Positions 37,990 to 51,078 of a stretch of 64,000 nucleotides of DNA are shown piece after piece (the first letter of the stretch is position 1; every line of letters begins with the position of its first letter). Both the position numbers and the translations under genes were made by a program. The notes under the pieces are model-generated. The model saw nothing but the letters and a program-made list of their open reading frames with translations. It was not told the DNA's origin and did no database searches. The DNA comes from Amphiscolops sp. MND2022 (lineage: Eukaryota): contig OZ076409.1 of NCBI GenBank assembly GCA_964187785.1, positions 35,652,001-35,716,000 of the forward strand, read 5' to 3'.

Positions 37990-40900
37990 CGACAACATCC
38001 TAACCACCGATGCAAGTACAAAGGGATTAGGAGCAACTCTGGCAAAAACAAAAGGATGGAAATTTGAAACCGATCGGATTCGCTAGTAGATTTTTATCCG
38101 ATACTGAAAAGTATGCCATAAACGAGCTGGAGCCTATTAGCAGTAGTGTGGGGACTGGAACGTTTTCGCTTATACATTTATGGTAAACCGATCGAAGTAT
38201 TAACCGATCATCAAGCGTTGGAACCATTAAATAAAAGAATTAGATCGAATAAAACATATAGTGCGAGAATAACAAGATGGGTAGATAGACTAGATGAAGC
38301 ACGCCGCAGGCAAGCATTTCAGTTTGACGGATTACTTAAGCAGAAATCCAATAGTGAGTCCGGTACCAATTGAGAATTACGACGAATACGTTATCAATTG
38401 CGTAACACCCTTATTGGAGTTCATCAACAATTACGGCAGCATCACCGATGAAAGGAAATCAACGACGCAAACGGACCAAACATCCAATTCTCACCAAGCA
38501 AAAAATCAATCAGAAGCGAGACACGTCCAGAAGTTACAAACGAGGTACAACGAACGAAGTAACCGCAGTTCGTTGCTACCAACTCAAAGCTCAGTACGTA
38601 CTTTAAAGACAAATTCATATCACCCGAATTAACATTACAGAAAGAAAGAAATGGACATTAAAACAGTGGAGAACATCGAGCGAGAAGATCCCTCAGAAAG
38701 AACACAAGCACTAATGAAACGATGGAGAGAAATAACAAAACCGGGAGACTACAGATACAGGCAGGGACAATGGAAGCGATACAATCCCCCAAGAACGCTA
38801 AAAGCCGAACAAAAGTAGAAGTGGAACTCTGGCAAAGAGGAAGGCAAAGAATGGAAAACACAGTGAAAAGAGACAACAGAGGAAATTGAACGCAACAGGG
38901 AATTCCATAGGGTAATAGACAAAACAAGAAACCTGCCCAAACCAAACGAAGCGAGACCCAGCACGAGCAACACAAGACAAAAACAACCGGAAGAAGACAG
39001 CTTCGAAACGGAAACACCGGGGTTAGCCGAGACAGAAACGATCTCATCCGATTCTGACAAAACTATCGCAGTACCGGCGATCAATTTCAAACGCTACCCG
39101 GGAGCAACCGGTGTTCGATATATATGAACATGGGACAAGCCAGCAAAGTTGAAGACAATCCAAAATGGGACCTCGAAGAAGCAGTACGCCAAGTGGAACA
39201 AAAGTTTGCCACATTCTTAAAAACAATAACGGGGGAAACGACAAACGACGAGAAGTTACTGAAAACACAGGTCGGCCAAGAGAGACAGACACCGGAACAA
39301 GTACCAGATGAGTACAAGGAGAATCACAAACATTATTCTACAAGATTTGGTATCGTTTTCTACGATGACAAAATTGTAATTCCACAACACTTACGACGAA
39401 CGGTGACAACTTTACTACGTTGACTCTGATCGAGGTTGCCTTCACGAGTGGAATGGAAGTTCTGCCTTCGGGTGGGTAAAGCTCACATTCCCGCCAGAGC
39501 AGTCACAATAGTATGAGAGCTACTGTTGAGTGTCAACTACGGTTGCTCAGTAGACGATGCATGGAACAAAAGCCTCAAGAGTCCTGACAACAGGGTGGAC
39601 TTGAAAACTACTTGCACAGTCCTCAAATGAGAATCAGGGAATGATCCTATCTCAGCTTCCTCGGAAGTGGCATTTTCTGTTCAAACGCATCATTGTCTTG
39701 AAGTCAGTGAATTTTTGGTGATTGGAACTCTACTTGTAGAGATGCTTTCCTTTGAGACTAGGTTGATCCGCAAGGGGGAACCCTTATAAACGAACCCTCT
39801 TCACTATCAGATCTTCCTCGGTCAGTTGTGGTTGTAATTGTTGTAAGTGTCTGATTGAAGTGCAAAAGGACCTCAGTAACATTTGGGTCGATGCCCAATC
39901 AGGTTGTTCTTGGCATAGACGCTTTTCCTGCGTCGCGGACAGGTAAAAGGTACTTGCCTCGTTCAAGGTATGCCCAATGCTGCGTGGTATGTCGATGCTT
40001 TTGTAACCAATGTTAATTCGATGGGTACTAGAAGGTACGCATCCACAAAGCTTCTGAGTAATGGCGCACGGATTGACGTCGCTGAACGTTTGGTCCCACC
40101 TGTCTTTTATGGGGCGGGCCTATGAATAACCTTTCTTTTGCATGATCGTTGTTCACTGATCTGAGGGACTTTGTTGTTGACTCAGTAAAGGCCCATGGCT
40201 ACATAGCTCCAAAAGAGCACTGAGGCACCACATGAGAAGGACGTCCGGCAATCAACAAGATGTCAGCAGTCGCAAAACCGTTCTGGTGGCCGAAACTAAC
40301 GAAGGAACTACAAGCAAAATGCGACAAAGGCATTCCATGCAAAATGGCAGGTAAGAGCATAAAACAACAAATATCGATGTCAAAAATAAATACTTACCAC
40401 CGGCAGAAAAACCGAACCAAGAAATCCAATTGGATTTCATCGGACAAAAAACATTCAAACAACAACAATTTTGCATACTAATTTCAATAGACCGCTATAG
40501 TAGATGGCCGGCGGCATGTATTTGCGAAGCTCCTACGGGAAAAACAGCAACTACGTTTCTAAAACAATATATCCTATTAAACGGAAAACCCCAAACAATT
40601 GAAACGGACAAGTGAACGGCGTTCACCGGAAATTAATTTAGAAAAATGTGTAAGGACGTAAATATAAAATTAATATACGGGACACCGTATATACACACGG
40701 CTACCGGTCTAGTCGAACGAGGAATCAAAACACTGAAGGATTTGATGAGAACAAATTTAGCGAACAACTGCAATCTAAATGAAGCTCTATACCGGTCACT
40801 AACAGTAATGCGGACAACGGTCCATTCAAAAATTAAGGAAACACCATTCGAGAGACATTACGGTGGAAAACCACGAACGGAATAAAAAGGCTACCTTAAC

Positions 40901-42299
40901 TTACCATCAAATGTTATTTCAGCCAGACCAGAAACACTTCCAATCTACTCCTTCGCAAGCAAACACGGGGACTACGACCAACTGGTGATGGAAATACGCC
41001 GCAAACTGATGAAGTGTGATGTTAGTAACAATTTCCCATACAAATTTTTAGAAAAGAAAAAATACATTTGAAAGCAAGTACGAAATAATACCACAAACAG
41101 CAGTTGCTGATACAACACACACACAATAACAACCGATACGAACAAAATATTACATCGTGATCTAATCAGTAAACCACTACCGAACTCATTTCAGAACCCC
41201 CCATCAAGACGCGGAGAAAATGCGAGGGGACCAGACGGGCGATTCACACAACAAACAACCTTCATACCAATCAACACAAGTGCGGTGGAAGAAGAGGAAG
41301 AACAAACGGAAAATACAGAACATAGGCAAAGCACCCCAACATCAATTACATCGACGGAATTTTCACCGACAGCCAGTTTCGAATTCAGCTCCCCAATCGA
41401 AATCGGTCGAGGCCGACCCAAGTTAATCCGAGACCGGTCCGCAAGCACCCCTGGAAAGAACAACCTGAAATTACACGGAGAAAATGACGGAGGAACAGCT
41501 GGAACAAGCGTTAGAGACAATCGCAGAGGACCCAAACAATACCACCATATTCGACAATAACGGTAATATTTATAATAACATAAAAACCGAAGAAATAGAA
41601 AACGAAAATAACGAACGACAAACTAGAAGATCCACCAGAATAAAATCCACTAATCCAAAAACAAGATTAGGTAACCCAGTAACACACTGATATTTACAGG
41701 GAACACCGTTCAGAAGATAAACCGTGATCTTAACCAGTCATGGGAATGAACCTGAAGCAACGGAGAAGGACGGAGAAAGGAGATAGAAGAAAGCATCATA
41801 CCCACCGGTGGAAGCAAACCAGTGAAATGAACACTGAGCTTTTAGGTAAATTAGATAGGTGAAATTAGATAGGTAACGGAATAGTCGGCGCCCGCATAAG
41901 ACTCGGAAATTGATGAGAATCAAAATACAGGCGTTAATCACTTCGCAGCGCTTTTTGGATGAAAATTTTTGGATCGGCAAATGTAAGATTTAAACAACTG
42001 CTAATTCTTAACATTTCGAACTTGATGTTACTCCGTTTTCTCAACCAGCACAAGAGACAAGTCTTTCAACTGTACTGGTGCCGGGAGAAACGCTTAGTCT
42101 TTGACAAGAAAATTTTTCCAGAAATCTGTCATATTGCATAGCATCAATTCCGAGGACAAAAGGGATTAAAAATTTGATTTGATAAAGTTTAAAAATAACT
42201 CAAACTTTTGACCAATCAGAGCGCATTTAAAGTAGTTGTTTTCACTGTCGGCGCTTATTCGAACATTACGTCGCTTCAATTACAAGCGGCCTAAGTAAC

Positions 42300-45200
42300 T
42301 GCTTGAAAGTAACAAGATGAGAACGTCTAAAATGAAAAAAGCACAAAGAGACAAAACTCCTAAAGGGCGCCTTCCGTGCTCGGAAAACCTTTCAAAAGTT
42401 CAGATATAGCGGGCTGGGCGTCATGGGACCGTTTGTTTTCGAACCTCCGCCTCCACCTTAGTGAAACACAATATAGTTCGGATATTACGTCAAAAATTCG
42501 GATAAAGCGCAATATTTTTGAACCTCCACATCTTAGTCAAAAGCAATTTACTACATTTTTGATGTCGAAAATTGGAAAAAGATCGAAAAAGTATTGGTGG
42601 ATATATATTGACAAAAAGTAAAATCAGTCAAAAAATTTTTAACCGTTTCATAGTACCGGAAATGAAAAGGGGGACCCTTTCAGATTTTTAACATCCGTTC
42701 TGTTGCAAAATATCAAAAAATTGAATGGGGACCCTTCGGAAAGTGAAAGGGGGCCCTTCGCAATTGCTTAGATGCTTTGCTGAGATATTCTTTCAGTTGA
42801 ACAAACTAAACAAAAATTTTGTCGCATTCGAGTCTGTCTCGAAGAAAAACAAAAACTTTTATTCTAAAAGTGGCCAATAAAAATGAGAAAGTCCATTTTT
42901 ATTAACTTCACGAAATTAGACAGAACAATTCTTTTCTACTGTCTCCATGGCAACACGGCGCCGATTCGAATCAAAACGACACTGAACTTCTGTTAAAACA
43001 TTTTTGGAGGATTAGAAAAAAAAGTTTCTAAAATATGCAAAGGAATAGGCAAAACACGATGATAAGTCAGGAGTGTATTATCACTCATTGCCATGTCTTA
43101 ATTTTATATTTCATGAATACATAACGGACACTGGTTTTAAGCTTTTATCAAAATCTCAGTGCCGAAAAATAACCCAAGCGCCACGCATATGACCCGGAAA
43201 CCAATTTGTTCCCCAACAGGAAACACAAAAATACCTTGAAACACAAAAATTTTTTGAAAATCAATCTTTTCTCAGCGCCAAAAAAGGAGCTTTAAGATCA
43301 CAAAACTACATTTCTCAAGTCGAAATCAGATATGAAAGCGAGGGGTAACCTTTGACCAAAAAATCTCGAAAAAGACGAACAGAGCCGAAAAGGTCTTTTC
43401 CACAATCATTAAGAAAACTCATCAGTTCCACAGAATCAAAAAGTAGCAAAAAGGTCACCCTCGAGACTCGGGAACCATGTTTCCTCTACAGAAAACCTCA
43501 AAAAACCAAAAACTATGAAGACATTTTCGGTTTTTTTCCAAAATTTCCAAATTTTTTTTCCGGGAAGACGCAAAGTGCCAAAAACTAAGAGTGGTCATCT
43601 ATGCTCCCGAGACCCTTTTTTCCTGCTGAAAATCGAGGGAGACTAGGTTTGAAAAAAATGAAACAAAAGTCGCACAATGCCGAAAAAGTTTGGTCTGCCC
43701 CTACGTATGCAAACAAAAATATTTATGGTTTAGTGCTAGTCTCGAACCCCCGTTCCCCTGCTTATCAGACCTTATCACAAATCCGGGTTAACCTCTTTGC
43801 CGAGTGGCAGTTAGAAGTTACTAACTTTGCCAAAATTGAAGAACATTTGGTACAACATTTTGGCTAGTCGAGGTGTATCGAAAATATCGAAAAGCCATGA
43901 CTGTAGCCACTTTCTTCTAAAGAAAAGCGCCGACTAAAAAAAGCCACTGCAAAAGTGCTTTTCTCCAAAAACGCCAACTAAAAACTATTATCAACTATAA
44001 ATAACATACAAAATGCCAACCCTGGACCTAAGTTACCGACTAGAGATGCGTATTTCTGAAAGCTAAGTTTAGGCATATAAAGATGCCCTCACCAGTAAAA
44101 ACAAGCCAGGAACGGCCTAAGTCGGCGCCCCGCTCAAGGTTCAAACGGAGTGAAGTGTTATTACTATGCTAAAGGCCTCTATTGTGAAAACGTTTATCAA
44201 ACTTACAGTGACAAAAAATACCCTACGGATACCCATAGTGGAAAACAAGACTAGAAAACCTAGCTCAAAACATCAAAAACCTAAATTTCAACAAAACTTC
44301 CAAATTTCATTCGAAAAAATCTCATAGTGCCGAAAAACCCTAAAGGAGACCCATTAAACTCGGAGACCCGTTAAACTCAAAATTGGAGGGGGCACCATTC
44401 TACCGAAAGAGAACTGTTTCGAAAAAAAGTACAGAGTCGAAAAAGACGTGGGTTTTTTGCACAATTATTGAGGAAACTTTCATCAACCACCAGGACTGAA
44501 AAATGATCAGAGGTTACTCTTAAAACTGGGAAAACGTTTTCGCTCAAAAATCCTCTCAAAAAAATCAAAAATCGAGAAAAAATGGCTTCGGTAAGTCGCA
44601 TAGTGCTTGAAAACCCTGAGAAGTCCTCTATGCTCGCAAAACGTTTCGCTTCTAGTAAAAATCGAGGTGTATAGCATGCTTTTTTCAACTTTGGAAGGAA
44701 ACGAAACATCGAAACAGGATTGAAGCATCCGCATCCTCCTTGGTAAATCTTCCCTCGAGTGTAGGTCAAAAATTTTGCGCTATATTCGAATTTAGACGTT
44801 ATAGTCGGAGTAAATTCGGTTGACTACAAAGTCGAGAAAAAGCATTCCAAATCCGAATGATTGACGTTATATCCGAAGTTAATTGCGTTTTATTAGGAAG
44901 GAGGTATAAGTTCGAATCTTATCTGTTTCGATGTTTCGTTTCCTTCCAAAGTAAAAAAAGCACTATACTATCCAAATTTTTGACGTTACATCCGAAGTAG
45001 ATTGCGTTTTACTAAAGCGGTACATTTAAACCGTTACTACATATAGCCAATGCTGAATAGCTGGCGTAGCTTAATTTCTAGTTCACTTTTAGGCCCGGCA
45101 TATAAACCTTTCCCCCAAATCAGCCCTTACTCAACTTTTAACAAGACAAGAACGGCCCAAGTCGCCGCCCCGCTCAGTTTTTTAAATATGCAAAAGGACA

Positions 45201-45812
45201 CCAGCTGAAATTTCCAAATGGAAACTAGAAAACCAATCTTGCTCAGCCGAAAACATCAAAAAACGAATAAGTGAGGAAAAAATTGTCAAATGTCCCCGGT
45301 AAGTTACATAGTACCGACAACCCTAAAGAGTCCTCTATGCTCCCAAAACTTTTGGTTTCTTGTAAAAACGGAAGGGGGCTTCAATAGAAGCAAATTAGAA
45401 AAATGTCGCATAGTACCGAAAAAACGCCGATTTAAAAAATCAGATAGTATCAAAAATTTGATATGTATTGAAAAAACCATTATCAGACATCCATTCTTTT
45501 GCAAAATATCAAAAAAATTGAAGGGGGATTGGACCCATTGCACACATTGAAGAAGTTTCGAAAAAAAGTCTCACAAAACCGAAAAAGGGGAGTCTCAGTG
45601 CCAATAAAAGTGGAAAGTGGGACCCTTATGCTTTGGAATGATTTTGTATTCCATGTAAGAGGCTTTGGATGCGTTCAAAATGAAGTACTAAGTACTTATG
45701 GTAGTTCTGGTAAAAGTTCATAATGCACAAAAAGTGGACCGATTGCCGTGAACGGACGAAAAAACTAGCCGTTGTAAGAGTCGTGATTTTCTTCGAAAAC
45801 GCCGACTAAAAA
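42300..45812. repeat. Cluster of diverged and partial HINE-like copies (clearest 45140-45812)
   Basis: Repeated acaag..gaacg..aagtcggcgcc starts and cgccgactaaaa ends. Confidence 0.65.
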
Positions 45813-46671
45813 TAGGGGACCTATAAGCCGGACATTTAGGTAAGTGAATTACTGTGCACTGCAGATTCTTCGACTCACTCCTTTAAGCTTGCGAGAAAAT
45901 CCCTCGGCGAACTATCCTTTAGTATGTGGTCAATACGCCAAATTGTGAGCTAATTAATATGGTGAGCGCTATTAAACAATAAGTATTTATTAACATGTGA
46001 CAATGAAAAAGTGCACCTGGCCAGTTTCAAAAATGTTTGCAAAAACTATTATCTATGGAGAAACAGTGACCCACTTGACTCCGTGATTGACTCCTTGAGA
46101 CGTTATGGGCACCCACTATAAGAAGAGCTACGATGGGTTAGGAAAAGACACCTTTACTAAAGAGATGAAATTTCACGAAAAAAGGTTGTGAAAAAGCATT
46201 TTCCATCAATAAACTAAGTGATTTATACAGTAAATTTACAATTTACAATAATGGGCATTATCTATTTACATTGTGAAAGTTGATCATGAATGTTGAGAAT
46301 TGATGATGCATTCAAGATTCTTTCAAATCGTTAATTGATTGACGCGGAACTTTGAAGGCATCGGACTGGGTAAGTTTCCTGAAGCAGCAATGCAATAATT
46401 ATTTGACAATACTTGAACTATTCCTGTAAACTGGACAATTAGAAACGAATGTTTTGAAGCACTATGAATTTGAACATTTCCGCAATAATCTTCAGTGTGT
46501 TGATGCAAGTCACACGTGGAACACAAAATTGAAAGCAACTGGAGCTGTACATTTTACCCTTATATGACGATCACTTAAAATGTTCATCAACTATTCTGTT
46601 TTGCAGAAATTAAGCAAACATCCTCCGTGTGTTAACAGTTTGAGCCTGGAGAGGAGTACAGTATACAGTAC

Positions 46672-46863
46672 TCACAGAGTGTTGGACAACTTGAGGTGAT
46701 CAATTTCGGATGAGAGTTTGATGTTTTCGTTGGTGAGAGTGCGCTCTCTCTTGGTGAGCTTGGACAGGTGGTCTTGCGCTGAGGACAACTGTCTCTGTGC
46801 CTCCAGCATCTGTTCATGCAGTCTGCTCTTTTCTTCCTGCATCTTGTACATCTGTTTCTCGAG
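46672..46863 (-). CDS. SCLT1: SCLT1-like coiled-coil protein, 3' exon (LEKQMYKMQEEKSRLHEQ...KLSNTL*)
   Basis: ttttag acceptor, phase 0; the stop overlaps a gtgagt donor so one more exon is possible. Confidence 0.7.
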   Translation of the reverse strand, partial: LEKQMYKMQEEKSRLHEQMLEAQRQLSSAQDHLSKLTKRERTLTNENIKLSSEIDHLKLSNTL

Positions 46864-47284
46864 CTAAAACATTCCACTGACATAAGCGGATTACGGTGTA
46901 AGTGATATGTGGTGCAGCCAGGTATGTCAATTATTTAGTTAAATACTATTTTTCGAGAGCAAGAAATAATATTGTAATGTAGAATTATATAATTATTGGG
47001 GTAAAAAATAATTGCCTACCAGAAGCAATAATGAGTACCTTTCACGTGGATACCTGTTTGGAAAACCCACATTTTTTCATACTGCTCAAACAAGAACGCG
47101 CTATTGCCCCACAGTGCCACTTTTCTATAAACAGTAAAATAGCTTGTCACAATATATTGAGCGAAAAACCTTATTTGCAATAAGACTCTACCGGAAAATA
47201 CCTTTTTACCCTAATGTTGTTGGCACTTATTGCTTTGACAATCATTTTTTGATGTCTCTGGGTGCAGCAGTTGGTTGTACTAAC

Positions 47285-47423
47285 GTCGGCTCGTTTCTTC
47301 TTTGAGTCGGTGAGCAGAGTGGTGAGTTCATCCACCCTCTTCTTGTGCATGGCCACCTCTTCCCGCATCTCTCTCACCGCCAACTCACTCTTCTCTTGCA
47401 CACTTGTCGACTGTTCTCTCCAT
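47285..47423 (-). CDS. SCLT1: SCLT1-like exon (WREQSTSVQEKSELAVREMREEV...)
   Basis: W(K/R)E motif as in SCLT1; tttag / gttagt; phases fit. Confidence 0.8.
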
Positions 47424-47499
47424 CTAAACAGACACAAACCTTGTATTCAGCTGTCTACTCTACAAATCATTTCATCTGTGGTATTTCTTTTTCAATTTG

Positions 47500-48862
47500 C
47501 TTTCACTTCCCAAACGACGGAACTGGCGCGCTAAAAGGGATCTTTTCGCATTCTTCAACATCCATTGTTGAAAAACATCAAAAAATTGAACGGTGAAAAA
47601 AATTCCGAAAAAGTCTCACAATGCCAAAAAACTGAAAGGGGGACTCTTTAGTCTCTCCCGGTATGGTATGGTAAGCGGAAAAAGAGGAAAAACTTTTTTT
47701 TTTGATTCAGTTCGCTAGGCCAAATGATTCAATTTGGGACCATAAAGTTTTGTAGAACTTTTGTAGAACTATTTTGGTCAGTTCGTGTGGATAGAAAAAA
47801 GTCACTATAATAGTCGCGTTTCACTTCATGAAGCGCCGACTAAAAACAAGGAAGCCACTTCCTTCAGTGTTGTCTATCATTCAAAAAGCCCAGTAAACAC
47901 TGATGTAAAAATTTGAATTGAAAAGCAGTGACTTCAATCTCTCTCTCGAGTAAACACCGCTTGTGAATAAGCCCGTTGTAAGTCATTTCACACTGAGCGT
48001 TACCCTTGTGCTTCTGGAAAAGAGTCGACTATAGTAATGGCTTTTCGTCAGTTTTTTTTCGATACACCAGAACCAGCCAAAATAGTTCAACAAATTCTTC
48101 AATTTTGGCAAAGTTAGTAACTTCTCACTGTCACGGTGGCGATGTCTAGGAGCATGAGTCGGTGGGTTTTAGTCTCGCACTAAACCAAAAATTGATGTTT
48201 GCAAAAGTCGGGTGGAGATCAAAGGACCCCTTTAAATTTTTTTTGTCGCTATGCGACTTTTCAGAAATTTCTTGAAGTGATTTGATTTTCAGCCACATTT
48301 TGATTCTTACCAGGAACAAAGCGTTTTTCGAGCATAGAGGGCCACGTTCGTTTTCTTTTCGGCACAATGGGACTTACCGAAGATTCTTCGAAAAATTGTT
48401 AAAACTTTTCCTAAATTTTGTGTTTTTTGAGGTTTTCTGAGAGGAAAAAACTTTGCGGAGTCAAAAGGGCCACCTCCTTGATTACGTCTTGGTTCTGTGG
48501 AACGGATGGGAGTTTTCCCAATAATTGTGGAAATCACCTATAGTATTTTTCGGCACTCTGTGACGTCGAAAAAAATTTAGTTTGGTCAAAGTGTACCCCC
48601 TTCCCTTTCATAAATGTTGTCGGCTTAAAAAAAGCGTTTTGCGAGCTTAAAAAGCTTCGTTTTCGGCACAGACTTTTTCCCGACAAAAACTTGTGAAAAT
48701 GTAGTTTTTTGTCTTTTCACTTGGGGAAAAGGTAGTCTCTGCGTAACCCATGGGGTATTTTTCGGCACTGAGAAATTGATAAAACAATAGTGTCCTTTGC
48801 ATATTTAGGAAACTTGGCTTTTTGGAACTTGAGCGGGGCGCCGACTTGGGCCGGTCCCTTGT
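47500..48862. repeat. Two oppositely oriented HINE-like copies in an SCLT1-like intron
   Basis: agcgccgactaaaaa at ~47845; ggcgccgacttgggccggtcccttgt at ~48860. Confidence 0.65.
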
Positions 48863-48880
48863 TTTTGATAGCAAACTAAC

Positions 48881-49017
48881 TTGACACCCAGCTGTTGCTG
48901 CTGAATGAGCATTCTCTGAATCTCACTCATAGACTGTTGATGACATTCCTCCAGGGATTCAATTCTAGCCTCATACTCAGCTATCTTTAGCTCCAGGTCT
49001 TGTTCTGCCGCAGCAAC
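48881..49017 (-). CDS. SCLT1: SCLT1-like exon (VAAAEQDLELKIAEYEARIESLEECHQQSMSEIQRMLIQQQQLGVK)
   Basis: Resembles SCLT1 FE..L..ME.S...S..ELR.LL..QQ; ctacag / gttagt. Confidence 0.8.
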
Positions 49018-49260
49018 CTGTAGAAACAACATCTCTGTAAAACGAAATCTTTTCATAATTGAATGATTTGAAAATTTAACAGCAAAAGAATCGAAAATCG
49101 GTTTGTGAATTGCTCTAATAGGTCCAATTCTATCCAACACGAATGGGGACTCAGAAACAATTTATGCAACATTTAAACTCTGTATTCCAAAAAGACTGTA
49201 CTGGGGTGGACATGCGTTATGCATGATTCAACGCAACCAGTTTAGTTCACTGAAACTCAC

Positions 49261-49453
49261 GGATTTGGCGGCTTTCCTGACAGCCACTTGTTTGGCTTGT
49301 TCGGCTGTGAGGGCGTCTTTCTTGGCGTTCTCTACCTGGTGCTGCAGCTGAACACTCTTCTCGCTGATCTTCTCCATGTCACTCGTCAACTTCTTGTTGC
49401 GCTTCTGAGCCTCTTTCAACTGACCTTCCAAATTTATTTTCTCCGCTTCGTGT
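49261..49453 (-). CDS. SCLT1: SCLT1-like exon (HEAEKINLEGQLKEAQKRN...KAAKS)
   Basis: Heptad coiled coil; ttttcag / gtgagt. Confidence 0.8.
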
Positions 49454-49838
49454 CTGAAAAACATTTGCAGCATAGCCAGAAAACACGAAGTATTTGAATG
49501 AAATTGATCTTTAGAAGGGCTTTGTAGGAAGACTGGGCAATGAAAAAAAAGTTTTGGGTTAAGTGGAACTTTTACAGTTGTCACATGGATTACCAGAAAT
49601 TTCGTCGTCAGCAATTACTTTCTATAAAACGTCGCATTTTATCTAATCTTATAATGTCTCATCATGAGTGTTAATTGGTGACCGGTCACAAAAGCACAGT
49701 GACCGGTAATAAAATGGTAACTGGAAGTCGCACGGAAAAGCCTTTATGCCAGAGAATAACAACTTATTAATTGAATTTGAATTCAATTAAATAAAGAACA
49801 TCAAAAAGAATTGTGCGATGAGATGACAACCTACGAAC

Positions 49839-50026
49839 CCTGCTCTAATTGACTCAATTTTCTGCTGGAGAGCTTTGATTTTATTGGCTGCTTGGTCTAG
49901 TTTCTGCTCGGCGTGAATGCACTTCTCGAACAGCTGTTCTGTCTCTTGACCTCCAGTGACCTGATCTCTCAATGCTTTCTCCAGTTCACTCTCCACTAGT
50001 TTCTTCTCACGGAACACTCGCTCCAC
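49839..50026 (-). CDS. SCLT1: SCLT1-like exon (VERVFREKKLVESELEK...); upstream exons not found in the window
   Basis: Resembles SCLT1 ERAIKEKKAVEEELEK; ttatag / gttcgt. Confidence 0.8.
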
Positions 50027-51078
50027 CTATAACAAACGAAATCCTCCTATAAGCTCTCAAATATGTGGATTCTGTACCTCTTTTCATTCAATCAATAACA
50101 TCTGTTATTTTCGGTAGGTTGTTATATTCATCATCTTGAAACGTTCAAATTGTGTTACTATTGTGTTACTAGAGTGGGACAGTAACTTCCCAGGTTGACC
50201 CTCTTACTAGCATATTGGCTGTCTTGGCAAGATCTTGCCAAATTCTTACTATATCTTGGCGACCATGGAACCCATGGCAAGGTTTTTATTAAGATCTTAC
50301 TAAGATGATACATTATTCCAAGATCTTATCTTGTAACGATGGACAAAATTCTAAGATTATAAAAAACACTATACCTTCGATACAAACAGCCGAGACTCAA
50401 TCTAAAGGCTCATTACACCCAATAACGACTATTTCTACTCGTTTTCGTAATCAAAATGCTTCGACTTGTTGAAACAAATTTGAATGCAAAAATGTGCGAA
50501 AATTACGATAACGTATTCTGGCTTCCGAAATTCTGACGAAAATCCTAATAACTCCTCACCTGTTTAAGACTGAGAAATGTGAATGTACCAAATGAGAGCT
50601 CACTTCAAGAGCTTTTGAAAACTTGTAACTTTTCTGACGCAGTTGTTGGTAACGGTTTTGCAATTATGGAATAATTTAACCAGTGCCTCTCTCAATAAAG
50701 AGCATAAGGACTCTTCACAATCAAATTTTATACCTTGCTAACAGGAAATTGTCATGTCAAGCAATGTAAATCTGCCTAGATGTTTGAAAATAAAATGAAC
50801 AAGACGAGAACGTCTACAGTCAGCGCTATATCTAAGCCCCAAAAAGCGCAACACTTTTCCGAAAACTTCAAATTTTTTTCTTTTGGATAATGTCGCATCG
50901 TTCCAAAAAATGTAAAAGGGTAAAATGTATTTTGTATCTGAATGAAAGCGCTGGAATAAAGTTTCGCAATATGGAAATGAAAAACAACAAAGAAAGTGTT
51001 GCAATCACAGCACTGACATTAATCCCAAAAGGGAGCTTTTGAACTTCTCAGGGAAGATCTTAAAAGAAGGGGGTGATA

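Larger units (their letters stand above)
33473..41700 (+). mobile_element. Decayed Ty3/Gypsy retrotransposon (probable 5' LTR ~33473-33652, PBS tggcgc, gag-PR-RT-RH-IN) interrupted by later insertions; no 3' LTR seen
   Basis: gag (33666, 35465) with Cys/His knuckle remnants; protease IDSGS (~36220); RT WLDD; RNase H TDAS..GLGA; integrase GLVERGIK; many stops and frameshifts; LTR start approximate. Confidence 0.9.
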
